Of a DNA stretch of 64,000 bases, positions 24,211 to 36,843 are shown in pieces. Made by a program: the position numbers and the translations under genes. Positions within the stretch are counted from its first letter, which is position 1. Every line of letters begins with the position of its first letter. Source of the stretch: Octopus sinensis (lineage: Eukaryota); contig NC_043016.1 in the NCBI RefSeq assembly GCF_006345805.1, positions 25,482,001 through 25,546,000 of the forward strand, read 5' to 3'. The notes beneath the pieces are model-generated. The model was not told where the DNA came from. It saw only the letters and a list, made by a program, of their open reading frames with translations, and searched no databases.

Positions 24211-24743
24211 ATGTATGTACATATGTGTGAGTTGAGGGGTGGAGCTGCAGATGTGTGTGTATATACATAGATATAATAGCAGATATGCACAACCCAATAG
24301 TTTTCCACACGCAAACATAACACACACATACAGAAAACTTCCTGGAGGGCAATGATTCTCAGTGTGTTAAAAAGCTGCAAAGAATGAAGAAAACGGGGAG
24401 AATTTTATGAAAATGCAAGATCAATCATCTAAAATTCATTTTCTTTAATTTTAAATAAAAGTTAAATATTAAAAGTAATCAATAATAAAAAAACTGAAAT
24501 TATAAAAAGTGTTTAATTGCATTAATTTTACCCAAGGTTATAACTGTATTTATGGCTACATAACAGGAATCAAAGCACCCGGAAACAGCCATAATTCTGG
24601 GTTCCAGCTAGGGCAGGCATCAACTGGTCTGGCTGAAGACCCCTCAGCTGTGGACATTTCAGCATGACCCAGAGACAAGTCAACATTATGTGGAATTGAT
24701 GTATAAGAATAGCAGTTGATTGAACTTGGTGGAAGAAACTTGC

Positions 24744-24975
24744 TGTGAGCTGGCAGAAACATTAGCGTGCTGGGCGAAATGCTTTGTGGTATTTCATCCG
24801 CCGTTGCTTTCTGAGTTCAAGTTCCGCCGAGGTCAACTTTGCCTTTCATCCTTTTGGGGTCGATAAATTAAGTACCAGTTATGCACTGGGGTCGATGTAA
24901 TCGACTTAATCCATTTGTCTGTCCTAGTTTGTCCCCTCTATGTTTAGCCCCTTGTGGGCAATAAAGAAATAAGAA
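24744..24975 (+). mobile_element. SINE S2 (gagctggcagaa head)
   Basis: gagctggcagaaacattagc...ctgagttcaagttccgccgaggtcaactttgcctttcatcc...ccccttgtggg. Reverse copy at 54628-54860; degraded copies at about 10800-10960, 11090-11280 and 36690-36900. Confidence 0.85.
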
Positions 24976-25189
24976 ACTTGCTACTCAATACACTGAGTAG
25001 TACAGAAGAGGTTACAACAGCGTTTAGGATGACTTTGGGTTACTATGACTACCTGTGCTTATAACAGCAATTATCAATAGTTATGACTATTTGGAGTTAT
25101 TACAACTGTCATTACAACTGCATGAACCTGCTTCAGTATTTATGACTATCTACAATATGACAATATTATTGAAAATTTAGATATTTAAT

Positions 25190-26430
25190 AATTACATATA
25201 ACATACATGCATACATACATATGAACACACATGTACATACATGCATGCATACATACATACATACATACATACATACATACATACATACATACATACATAC
25301 ATACATACATACATACATACAAACATACATACATACATACATTCCTTCCCTTCTTTCCTGAGCGTCCAATAATACTTTATTTGTTCCACATCCTCGCGTT
25401 GTGTTTTTTTCGTGTTTTCTTATTTGGATTAACTTTACATACATACATAACATACGTACATACATAACATACATACATACATGCATAACATACACACATA
25501 CATACATACATAACATACATGCATACATACATACATAACATACATAACATACATACATACATACATAACATACATAACATACATACATACATACATACAT
25601 ACATACATAACATACATACACACACTCATACATACATACATACATGCATACATACATACATACATACATACATACATACATACATACATAACATACATAA
25701 CATACATAACATACATACATACATACATACATAACATACATAACATACATAACATACATAACATACATAACATACATACATACATAACATACATACATAC
25801 ATACATACATACATACATAACATACATAACATACATGCATACATACATACATGCATACATACATACATACATACATACATACATACATACATACATACAT
25901 ACATACATAACATACATAACATACATAACATACATACATACATACATACATACATAACATACATAACATACATACATACATACATACATACATACATAAC
26001 ATACATAACATACATACATACATAACATACATACATACATACATAACATACATAACATACATACATACATAACATACATACACACATACATACATACATA
26101 ACATACATGCATACATACATACATGCATACATACATGCATACATACATACATACATACATACATACATACATACATACATACATACATACATACACACAC
26201 ACATACATACATACATACATACATGCATGCATACATACATACATACATACATAACATACATAACATACATACATATATACATACACACACACACACATAC
26301 ATACATACATACATACATACATGCATACATACATACATACATACATACATACATACATACATAACATACATAACATACATACATAACATACATACATACA
26401 TAACATACATACATAACATACATACATATA
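25190..26430. repeat. ~1.2-kb (CATA)n/(CATAA) array interrupted by a family A fragment (25340-25435)
   Basis: Direct inspection. Source of the 433-, 336- and 265-aa pseudo-ORFs. Confidence 0.95.
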
Positions 26431-26439
26431 TGGTGATTG

Positions 26440-26640
26440 TCTCACTCCCTATGCAGAGTCTGACCACCTGTTGTACTTACACCTTATATCTATCATGGCG
26501 TCTGATGTGGCATTTTAAAGCAGACAGTGTTTTGAAAAGACACCCACAGAGATTGCACATCCGATTTGGACCACCAAGATTTAAAGGATGATTGTTTAAA
26601 ACAAGATACTTTCCTTCACAGTCTTGCTATCAAGTAGGTG
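26440..26640 (-). mobile_element. Probable RTE-clade 3' end with terminal C2H2-type finger
   Basis: CNLCGCLFKTLSALKCHIRRH (26557-26495; exact C-x2-C-x12-H-x3-H), stop at 26479-26477, short UTR, then (TATG)n. No TGEKP linker. Confidence 0.55.
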
Positions 26641-26842
26641 GCTGATCAAAATTTTCTCTAAATTAAAATGAGTATGAGAACACTCACACACACACACACG
26701 CATGCACTCATGCATGCATACATACATACATACATACATACATACATACATACATACATACATACATACATACATACACATATGTATGCATACATACACA
26801 CATGGACACACAAACTCAAGCATACTCAGTTGCATTAGATGC

Positions 26843-26953
26843 TATAGGCTATAAAATGTATAGGCTATAAAATATATAGGGTATAAAATGTATAGGCTAT
26901 AAAAATAGACTATAAAATGCATATGGTATAAAATGTATAGGCTATAAAATGTA
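26843..26953. repeat. 16-bp minisatellite (ctataaaatgtatagg), about 7 copies
   Basis: Direct inspection. Confidence 0.85.
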
Positions 26954-28406
26954 CACAGAGCAAATTTACTGCAGACAAAAATGCAACAAGGGAAAGAACA
27001 TAATTGATATCTGAATCATTTCCGTCTTTGCATAGATTTTGGTAATACATTTAAATGAATGCTAGACCATATGTAACCATCATCACATCATCGGAGGAAT
27101 TTATCTTTGAAAATTTTGCCATTATTTTGAAGGTGAATATTTTGATGTGGTGACACTGATTGTTATTGTTGTTGTTGTTGCTGGTGGTGGTGGTGGTGGG
27201 TGTTGTGCTAGTGACAAAGATGATAATGATGACAATGATGATGATGATGATGATGCAGTGGTGGTTATGGTGGTGAAGATGATCATGAATATAATGATGG
27301 TGGTGGTCATGAGGATGATGGAAATGGCTGTGATGATGGTGGGGGTGTTGGTGGTGGAGGAGGTGGCAGCAGCAGCAGCAACAGCAGTGGTGGTGGTGGT
27401 GGTGGTGGTGGTGGTGGAGTAATGGTGAGTTTGATGACAGAATTAGAAAGAAACAGCAGTGGGGTGGGGATGTCAACAGTAACCTACCACCACCACCACC
27501 ACCACCACCACCACCACCACCACTACCCCACCACCACCACCACTACCACCACCACCACCAAATAAAAAAAGAAAACAAGTAAAAAAATTAAAAATTTAGA
27601 ATTCCAAACGTTTCCACTGACTTCCCATCCAACCCACAATTATAAATAAATAAATAAATATTTAAACAAATAAATATAAATATAAATACGTAAATAAACA
27701 AACCTATTGCAAACTAAGAAAAATATTCTTGCTTTACAAATAAATTTTCCAGAATTCTTCAAGAAATTTATTAATTAATAAATAACAAAAGAAAGCAAAG
27801 AAAAAATAAAATAAAATATCAATTATGCTCTTAACTGACCGTGAAATTCTTGTTTCCTTTTTAGATTACACTAAATATAAAAAAATTATATTTTTGTTGT
27901 AGTTATTGTTGTTGTTGTTGTTGTTGTTGTTTTGTTTTGTTTTGTTTCTTTGCCCATTGGACTAGAAAAATCACAGTAATTATTATAATATCAATATAAG
28001 CTTTTATTATTTTGGGAATATATTGAAGAATTCCAAAATCTAAATTGGCAGCATTTATTAATATGTAATTCCTACTTATAGATTTCATATTGGCATTTAC
28101 CTCTCAACTACTTGGTTTCATAAAGTCAGTGACAAAGACTCCATGTGGACGTTTGATGCTAGAGATAGAAGCCAAATATTTTCATATCACACAGTTTCTT
28201 TCAGTCATAATGAAAGAAAAATGGAAGAACACATTGTACAATGTAACAATGAACCTTAAAAAAAACCTACGGGAATGGCCACAACTGGCATGATTTTGAT
28301 AACAGTCTTTTGGGATCATAGTTTACCTGGAGATCAACAATAACAATAGTGAGAGCAATAACTGGATATGGTACTTTAGTTCTTGCTTTATGATATGAAA
28401 CAGATC

Positions 28407-28984
28407 AGAGATAAGTCTTCACTAGGATAGGACACTAGTCTATCACAGGCAAGATTACCAGATGTTGAAATGAAGAATATAGTGTTGTGTACAGAAATAC
28501 AACAGGGGATGAGAGATAAATCTTCACCAGGATAGGACACCTGTCTATCACCGGTCACATTACCAGATGTGGCAATGAAGAATATAGTGTTGTGTACAGA
28601 AATACAACAGGGGATGAGAGATAAATCTTCACCAGGATAGGACACCTGTCTATCACCGGTCACATTACCAGATGTGGCAATGAAGAATATAGTGTTGTGT
28701 ACAGAAATACAACAGGGGATGAGAGATAAATCTTCACCAGGATAGGACACCTGTCTATCACCGGTCACATTACCAGATGTGGCAATGAAGAATATAGTGT
28801 TGTGTACAGAAATACAACAGGGGATGAGAGATAAATCTTCACCAGGATAGGACACCTGTCTATAACAGGTCACATTACCAGATGTGGCAATGAAGAATAT
28901 AGTGTTGTGTACAGAAATACAACGGTATGAGAGATAAATCTTCATCAGGATAGGGCACTAGTCTATCACAGGTTACATTACCAG
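28407..28984. repeat. 105-bp tandem repeat, about 5.5 copies
   Basis: gagataaa recurs at 28513 and 28618 (period 105). Inner copies are nearly identical and outer copies are diverged. Confidence 0.95.
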
Positions 28985-28999
28985 CTGATCAGTACCAAA

Positions 29000-29830
29000 T
29001 TAATGATGATTACGATGATGACAGTGATTATAAAGATGATGATAGTGATAATGAAGATAATGGTGGTGGTGAGGGTGGCGATGATGATGATGATGATGAT
29101 GATGATGATAGTAGTGGCAGTAGTGGTGGTAGTGCATTTGATGATGATGATGGAGGGGGTGATGGTGGTAGTGCTATTCTTACTGATGATGGTGGTGGTG
29201 ATGGAGGTGATGGTGATGGTGGTGGCAGTGGTAGTGGTGATTATAGTAGTAGCCATTGTCATCTTTATCATTGCCATTGTCATGGTGTGGTTGTTATAAC
29301 ACAGAATATGCAGTTCTCCACTCAAAGATGTCTGTCTGAACACCAACACCACTGCCACCACCACCACCACCACCACCACCAACAGTAACAACCACTACCA
29401 ACAGTAACAACCACCACCAACACCATTGCCTCAACCACCACCACTTTCACCTTCATCATTGCCCTCACCATCACAACCATTACCACCACTCCAAACCGCA
29501 TCCAAAAACCACCAGCACCATCACCATTACCATCATCATCATCATCATCACCACCACCAGCAATGACAGCACCACCATTACTCCCGTCACCAGCATTGTC
29601 CCCACCAGTACATTCATTCCCACCACCACCACCACTACAACCACTTTATACCCACTACCGACGCTGCCTTCTCTAATGCCTCCTCCACCTCCTCCACTGC
29701 CTCCTCTGCTGCCACCACCTCTGTCAAAGCAACTGCCAGCATCACAATCACCACTGCTATCACCGCCACCACCACCACCACCACTACCACCATCTCCACT
29801 TTTGTAGTAATAATAGTTGTAATTGTTGCT
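29000..29830. repeat. (GAT/GGT)n then (CAC/CAT)n low-complexity region
   Basis: Direct inspection. Confidence 0.9.
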
Positions 29831-30384
29831 GTTGTTATTGTTTTTGCTTGTTCTTTTGTAAGACGGGTGGCAGTGAGAGTGGATTTTGTAGATGAAAGGT
29901 AAAGCGTCATCTCACTGGTATTAATATTTGTGATTGTCTAAAACACTTTTTTCCTTTCTCATTTTCCTCTTCCTTTTTTTTTTCCTCCCAACATAATTAT
30001 TTCTAATTAGCTTTTTTCTTTCTTTCTTTCTTTCTTTCTTTCTTTTTTTTTAATGATGTTCTCTGCATTAATTATGTTAACACCAACATAAATACCATCT
30101 ACTTATTTGTATTTCTCATGAAATTCCTGATACGGGTGGAGTGGGGGTAGGGTGGGGTGCAGGGACAGGGGTTTCAAAGAGGAAACATCAGTAATTAAAA
30201 AGAAAGTAATTAAAAAAAAAAGAGCAATAATTTTTTTTCTAAATTTCAAATAATGTCTAATTATTAAACATCTTTGAACATTGTTAAACTTAGTTGAACA
30301 TTTTAGGCATTTTAAAATAAAAAAATAAATAAAAAAATAAGCAAAAACATGTTTAACAATCTTTAAACTTAACAAGTGTTTAAC

Positions 30385-30690
30385 ACTGCAGCTACAACAA
30401 CAACAACAGCCAACAGCTGCAGCAGCAGCAGCAGCAGTAACAGCAGCATCTCTCAATTATGCATTGTTATCAGAGATCGAAAATGTGGCAGGTGGTGGTG
30501 GTGGTGGTGGTGGCGGCGGCGGAAGTGGTGGTGGTGGTGGTGGTGGTGGTGGCTGCTGGTGGTGGTGGCGGCGGCGGCGGCGGTGGTGTGGTGGTGGTGG
30601 TGGTGGTGGCTGTTGGTGGTGGCGGCGGCAGCGGCGGTGGCGGAGGTGGTGGCGGCGGTGGTTGGTGGTGGTGGTGTGGTGGTAGTGGTG
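30385..30690. repeat. (CAA/CAG)n then GC-rich (GGT/GGC)n trinucleotide tract
   Basis: Direct inspection. Confidence 0.9.
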
Positions 30691-30819
30691 ATTACCTGCA
30701 ACAGGTGATAACAGCAGTGGAAATACAGGATGCAATGATGGGTGGGCAGTGATTGCCTGGTTTGGATGGTCTTGCCCTCTGATCTTTAACTTTCTATATG
30801 CCTGACGTATTTGGTCAGG

Positions 30820-31470
30820 TCTCTTAGAAGATATCTACCATAACTATCAGCAGACCCAAATAAAGGGGACAAAGCCAAAAATTTTAGGCTCATAATGTTA
30901 CTGAATGCAGATTTCAAAATTTTGGCCAAGGTGCTAGCAAATAAGTTAGTACATATTACCAACTGATTGGTAATATGCAAACATGTGCCATCCCAAGCAT
31001 ATCCATCCATGACAACTTCTACCTCATATGATACACCATACATACAGTGGGGGAAGAACCTTCCATGTGTGAGGCCCTGGTCAGTTTAGTGGGCTAGTGT
31101 GACACTATTCTAGGGTAGACTTGGGCATCAGTAAGAATCAGCTGGCCAGTTTGTTGCAGAGGACTTTCGGAGCCTATGGATAATTTCCAGAAATCCTTCA
31201 CCTGACAGTGTTAAGTGTTGTCAGGCAGGCTTGCCCAAAATGCAAGCAGAGCAACAGAACTATTCTGCATACTCTCATCCAGTGCCCAAACGTTGCTAAT
31301 TTTTATGTCAGACACCTGCTGTCACATGTAGGATAGATCTGGCTATTGGCTGAATCCATTATGAAGATAGTTCCACTGCCTTCCTTTGGCCAGGAAGTGC
31401 AGGCAGTGTTTATTTGTTTAGTGGCCTTAGTGAAAATGGTTGTATGGTGAAACAGAATGAGAGGACAAAA
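30820..31470 (+). mobile_element. Degraded L1/Tx1-like LINE with a large internal deletion
   Basis: LLNADFKILAKVLANKL and QTCAIPSISIHDNFYL (RT), followed almost directly by MDNFQKS and TILHTLIQCP...ESIMKIVPLPSF (C-terminal region). Confidence 0.8.
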
Positions 31471-32647
31471 GACAGTAACTTTTCTCTTTAACCAAGCCCT
31501 CATCAACTTTTTCAAGTTTTACTTGAAAAGATTACTGAAGGTTGAGAGAGAAGTGTTGCTTCCCAACATTAATTCCAAGTGCTGTTCATTCAAAGAGATC
31601 TTGTACATATATACACACACATACACACACATATCATTTTCTTTTGTATTGTACTGTATATTCTCTATGTTCTGTAGAATGATACATTAAAGAGCCTTTT
31701 TTATGAGTACAACTGGATTAGTTGAATCCATATAGCATGACTTAAATACACATACACACACACACATGACTGAATTTCATTCAGTTTCCTGCTACCAAAT
31801 TCGCTTACAAGACATTGGTCAACCCAAAGCTACGATAGCCTAAGGTGCCACACAGTGGAGCTGAACCCTGGATTATGATTTCTTTCACAAGTAGGGATGA
31901 GACATTGAAAGCATGCAGTCTAGTGTTTAAAGTTAGGCTGCTGGACCCACAATTATCACATAATGAGTCTGATTCCTGGACAGGGCACTTAACTTTCCAC
32001 GTTACTTCATTCCAACTGAATATGAGGCATATCAGCTATAGAGTGGGACCTTGCAGGCAACTAGTCCAAACATTTGTTAATGCAAAGTGACTAAGGTAAA
32101 CTTAACAATGATAGGGGAGACAACTCAAGAGATGTTTCTGTTTTGTTGAGCTCTCAACAGCAAACAAGATAATACAATATATTTCCCAAGAAATTGAAAT
32201 GAAGTTAAGAAGAAAGAATGTTTGTTTCAAACATATCATCCCAACATTTGACATTTAATATCATTTTAATTAATCCAGTTCTTTTTTCATTTTTCTGCTT
32301 TTTGGGGGTTTTTTTTAGTTTTTTTTTATTATAAATACTTCCCTTTGTTTCTGCTCTTTTTATGTTAAAGCCACGACCACCACTGAATATTCCCTGCATG
32401 CACTAATAAATACTTGGCTAAAGTATTTATAACTTCAACATTGTTTTTGGTTTTTGTTGTTCCTGCTGTTCTGTTGCTAGTGCTGCTGCTGTTACTTGAG
32501 TTGCTGGAGCTGCTGGAGCTGGGGCTGTAGACGTTTTTGTTCTTGGCAAAATCTCTGAAAGATAACTGGGTTTTCATCGATTTGCGATGAAATATCTTCC
32601 ATTTTCATGGATGTTAACACCAATGACTTTCTGAGAGTCGTTTTTGA

Positions 32648-32864
32648 TTCTTTAGCATTCAGATTCCTCTGTCAAATGTAATGCTTATTTATTCACATTG
32701 TATTGAATTAATCATACGTTATCTCATAGATTCAAGGTTTCAATGATGTATCGTTTACTTTCAGAATTACATTGTAGGATAAATGTGAGAGGCCACACCT
32801 GGCTGGTTAGAACATAAAAGAGTATTTGGGCTGGATATGGCCAGTTTAAATGCTAAAAGATTAA
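32648..32864. mobile_element. MITE family M2 (reverse)
   Basis: ctttagcattcagatt...tttaaatgctaaaagattaa. Confidence 0.75.
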
Positions 32865-33244
32865 TGTACTTCCAAAAATCACCCTGAAACCTCATCATGC
32901 CATCTTTATTTATCTTTCCAGCTCCACACTAATTACTCCTCTCCACACTTGTATTATATTAGCAACCATGTCTCACCTCAACAGCATGAAACATGTTCTT
33001 GCCCATTTCTTTCATTAACCACTTATCATCTACCTAGTATGAAGCTGTCTCATTCCCTACTATAGGAACACTCAATCGAAAAGGATCTTTGTTTTGTGAA
33101 CAACATGGTGATCTCACTAGTGCTGGTGCCATGAAAAAAAGCACTCAGTACATGTTATACACTGACTGGCATTAGGAAGAGCATCCATCATAGAAGTCAT
33201 ACCAATGCACACTCTGAAGCATGTTGCAGTTAGATCCTGTTAAA

Positions 33245-33323
33245 CCATCCAACCCATGATGAATATATATATATATTCTTTTACTTGTTTCCATCATTTA
33301 ACTGTGGCTATGCTGGAACACCA

Positions 33324-33395
<72 letters not shown>

Positions 33396-33417
33396 CATAT
33401 ATATGTATGTATGTATG

Positions 33418-33451
<34 letters not shown>

Positions 33452-33476
33452 TGTATGTATGTATGTATGTATGTAC

Positions 33477-33543
<67 letters not shown>

Positions 33544-33625
33544 TAGGTGGTGTTCCAGCATAGCCACAGTTAAATGATGGAAACAAGTAAAGAATATATA
33601 TATATATTCATCATGGGTTGGATGG
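33245..33625. repeat. Near-perfect ~85-bp inverted repeat flanking (TA)n/(TATG)n
   Basis: Arms 33245-33330 and 33541-33625 differ only by one T in a T-run. Confidence 0.92.
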
Positions 33626-33890
33626 TAAGTAAAGCCAAGTAAAACTGCAGTCATGGCAGATACTAATGTCACACAAATGGCACCCATTACACTCTCGGAG
33701 TGGTTGGTGTTAGGAAGGGCATCCAGCCATAACAGGCTGGGGCCTGGTGCAGCCTTCCAATTTGCCAGCCCTGGTCAAACTATCCAATCCATGCCAGCAT
33801 GGATAATGGATATTAAATGATGATTATAATGATGTTGATGATGATGTGTGTGTATGTGTGTGTGTGTGTGTATGTGTGTGTATGTGTATA

Positions 33891-34101
33891 CGAAGGGTTG
33901 CTGAAAAGTTCCTAGCTTTAAGGGTATCGGGAAAGGCCTAGCTGGAGGCTCAACCTTCCAAGTTCTTTTGCAAGGCTTAGAAAAACTGAAGACTGCTGCA
34001 AGAAAAGTGTGAATCTGAGAGAGGAATATGTTGAATGAAATCATAATTTACTGATCATCTCGTTTTCTTTATTCAAAGCCAAGAACATTTCAGCATCCTT
34101 C
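33891..34101. mobile_element. mariner-derived MITE (~210 bp)
   Basis: TA then cgaagggttgctgaaaagttcctagctt at the left; aagccaagaacatttcagcatccttc at the right (imperfect TIR). The TIR resembles the mariner end at 16530-16557. Confidence 0.75.
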
Positions 34102-34523
34102 ACACACACACACACACACAGATACATACATACAAATTCATCTTAAATTTGTATTTGCAAAAATGCAGAAGTGACTTTTGCCTTTTTTTTTTTTTTACAT
34201 TTTTGTTTTTACTTTCTGAAACATGCAACTGTTGTAGACCACACCACAGAAGTGTGCCAATACCAAGTTAATGTTAAAACCATAATCCTCACAGACAAAT
34301 GCAAATAGTGACCTCTCTTTCTTCTCTTTATTTTTTCTTTATTTTTTTTTTATATCTTTATTTCATTTTCCTTATTTATCTAATATCATGGGTTTGTAAA
34401 CAATAGCTACATCAGTTATAGTTTTACAGTGGGGCCAATCAGTAATTCATAACGAGATTTTTTGCAATTACTTTTTGTTTCTTTTTTTCTTTTTCCTTTT
34501 CTTTTTTTTTTTTTTTTCTACAG

Positions 34524-34547
34524 ATTTCAATTGACAACCTGCAAAAG
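34524..34547 (+). other. Candidate 24-nt coding microexon (ISIDNLQK)
   Basis: About 65-nt AG-free polypyrimidine tract ending ctacag, 24 nt open in phase 0, donor AAG|gtcagc. No transcript evidence. Confidence 0.4.
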
Positions 34548-34972
34548 GTCAGCTACTTTTTTTCCAGGGAAATTATGTGGTTACTAAGTCAATTAAAATA
34601 ACTCACAGTATATAATTAATTTCAATTGTATCAGCATCCCTGCCCTTTGCCCTTTGCAACTTAGAAAGCATGGATGGTTCAAATGAACTATGATGGAATT
34701 TGAACATGGAACTTAATAAAATGCTAGTAAATAGTGTAGATTTTATAATTTTTTTTTAATCCAAAGACCTAATACTTGCACCAAAAGCTTTGTTGACATA
34801 CTAATTGTCACAAATTCTAAATTGGTACACTGATCAGTGACCATTTTCAGACCTATATAAATATATAATGTACTTGTGTGCAAAAAGCATGCATGCATGT
34901 GAGATGTGTCTGTATATAAGAATTTATTCACAAACACAAACATGCACATGCACACACACACGTGTGTGTGTG

Positions 34973-35016
<44 letters not shown>

Positions 35017-35059
35017 ATATATACATGTATGTAATGTATGTATGCGTATATATATATAC

Positions 35060-35109
<50 letters not shown>

Positions 35110-36039
35110 CTATATATGGATGTACTTATGATTGCAAATACAACAGTGCTTAATTATGTATATATATTTATATGTAGATATGAGTAGGTACAATTATATA
35201 TATTATATATATGTATGTATGTCTGTATGAATGTATAAGGGTAGATGTGGGGGTGTATGTATACAAACTACAAAAGCATACTCGCACATTCTTACATACA
35301 TCATACATATGCGTGTGTGTGTATGTGTATAATGTTTATGTATGTATGCATATGCATTTATATACTTACACATTCATACCATATCACACACACAGACACA
35401 CACAAAATATGTGTATATTTCATATATATATATATATATATATGTATACACACACACACGCACATATTCACATTGGAATTTGTTAATGGGTATTCATATG
35501 TGTGTGTGTGTTATCTTATTTTCAAGATAAAGACCATAATTTTGTTCAGTATGTATGAATTATCTTCCACATAATGGAAGCTATAGGCGACATTAAGTCC
35601 TATTTAGCAAATTAGGTAATTAAATATGTTTGAGGAGTGTAAAACATCAGAGTAACAAGGGAAAGGATATCTGTCTAACAAGAACTACTTCCGGCATTGT
35701 GCCTTTGTTAAAAAGATTCATGCATATTAGTTGACTAGCTTCATAGTTCAAAATAAGACAGGAAATGCTAAGGAGTAAATTTCTAGCCTGTTTCCTGCAA
35801 TGCTGATACCTCAACATGGTTTGCTAAATAACCAATCCTGGAAAAGTAAATGGTGGTATTAAAGTGGGCCAATAAAATAACAACAACAACAACAAAAATG
35901 CAAAAAAAAAACGAAAAGAAAAGAAGAAAAATAAAACGAAACAAGAAACAAAAAAACAAGGTCAGATAATAATGCCATTTTGGTAGTAAAAATATTTTAC
36001 AATAATTTTACACCATTATTTTTTTTTAAATATTTTTTT

Positions 36040-36233
36040 GTTTATCATCATCATCATCATCTTCATCATCACTACCAAAACCACCACCACCACCACCACC
36101 ACCACCACCACCTCCACCACCACCAAAACCATCATCATCATCATCATCATATCATCATCATCATCATTATTATTATTATTATTATATTATTATTATTATT
36201 ATTATTATTATATTATTATTATTATTATTATTA

Positions 36234-36282
<49 letters not shown>

Positions 36283-36610
36283 ATCTTGATCATCATGATT
36301 ATGATCATGATCATCATTATCATTTAATTGCTTGTTTATACATTTGTTTACATCTTTAAATGCTATTTTTAGAGGCAATATTATATTTTTATCTTTATTT
36401 TTATTTTTTTTTAATATTTTTTTGTTTATCATCATCATCATCATCATCATCATCATTATTATTATTATTAATATCTTGATCATCATGATTATGATCATGA
36501 TCATCATTATCATTTAATTGCTTGTTTATACATTTGTTTACATCTTTAAATGCTATTTTTAGAGGCAATATTATATTTTTATCTTTATTTTTTATTTTTT
36601 TTTAATTTTA
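36040..36610. repeat. (CAT/CAC/TAT)n tracts with a 190-bp tandem duplication
   Basis: atatcttgat occurs at 36281 and 36471, and the following ~130 bp are duplicated almost exactly. Confidence 0.9.
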
Positions 36611-36843
36611 ATTTTAATTTTTTATTTTACAGATTTTTTTTTTCAGTAAAACCTTCAAAAGCAAGAATATGATGTACATTGTTTTATTGTTAAAGGGTGT
36701 AGAGTTGGCAGTAAATTAAAGCATTCTGCCAAAGTCTTATGGTATTTATAATGAAGCTCATTAAATTCCGAGTTCAAAACCTACCAAAGTGACTTTGCCC
36801 CTCATCCTTTCAAAAATTAGTTAAATAGAATACTAATCAGTCA

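Noticed and set aside
25166-26467. 433-aa ORF and overlapping 336- and 265-aa ORFs
   Set aside because: They are translations of the (TATG)n array, which lacks stop codons in those frames. No coding signal.
28407-28984. CRISPR-like array
   Set aside because: Units are contiguous 105-bp copies with no unique spacers, and the context is eukaryotic with no cas genes.
30103-30135. Minus-strand terminal exon EFHEKYK*
   Set aside because: The C-rich tract upstream is low-complexity, and there is no supporting minus-strand exon chain.
30459-30752. Gly-rich or Pro-rich protein exon
   Set aside because: GGT/GGC triplets shift frame repeatedly (G, W and V runs), and there are no convincing splice sites.
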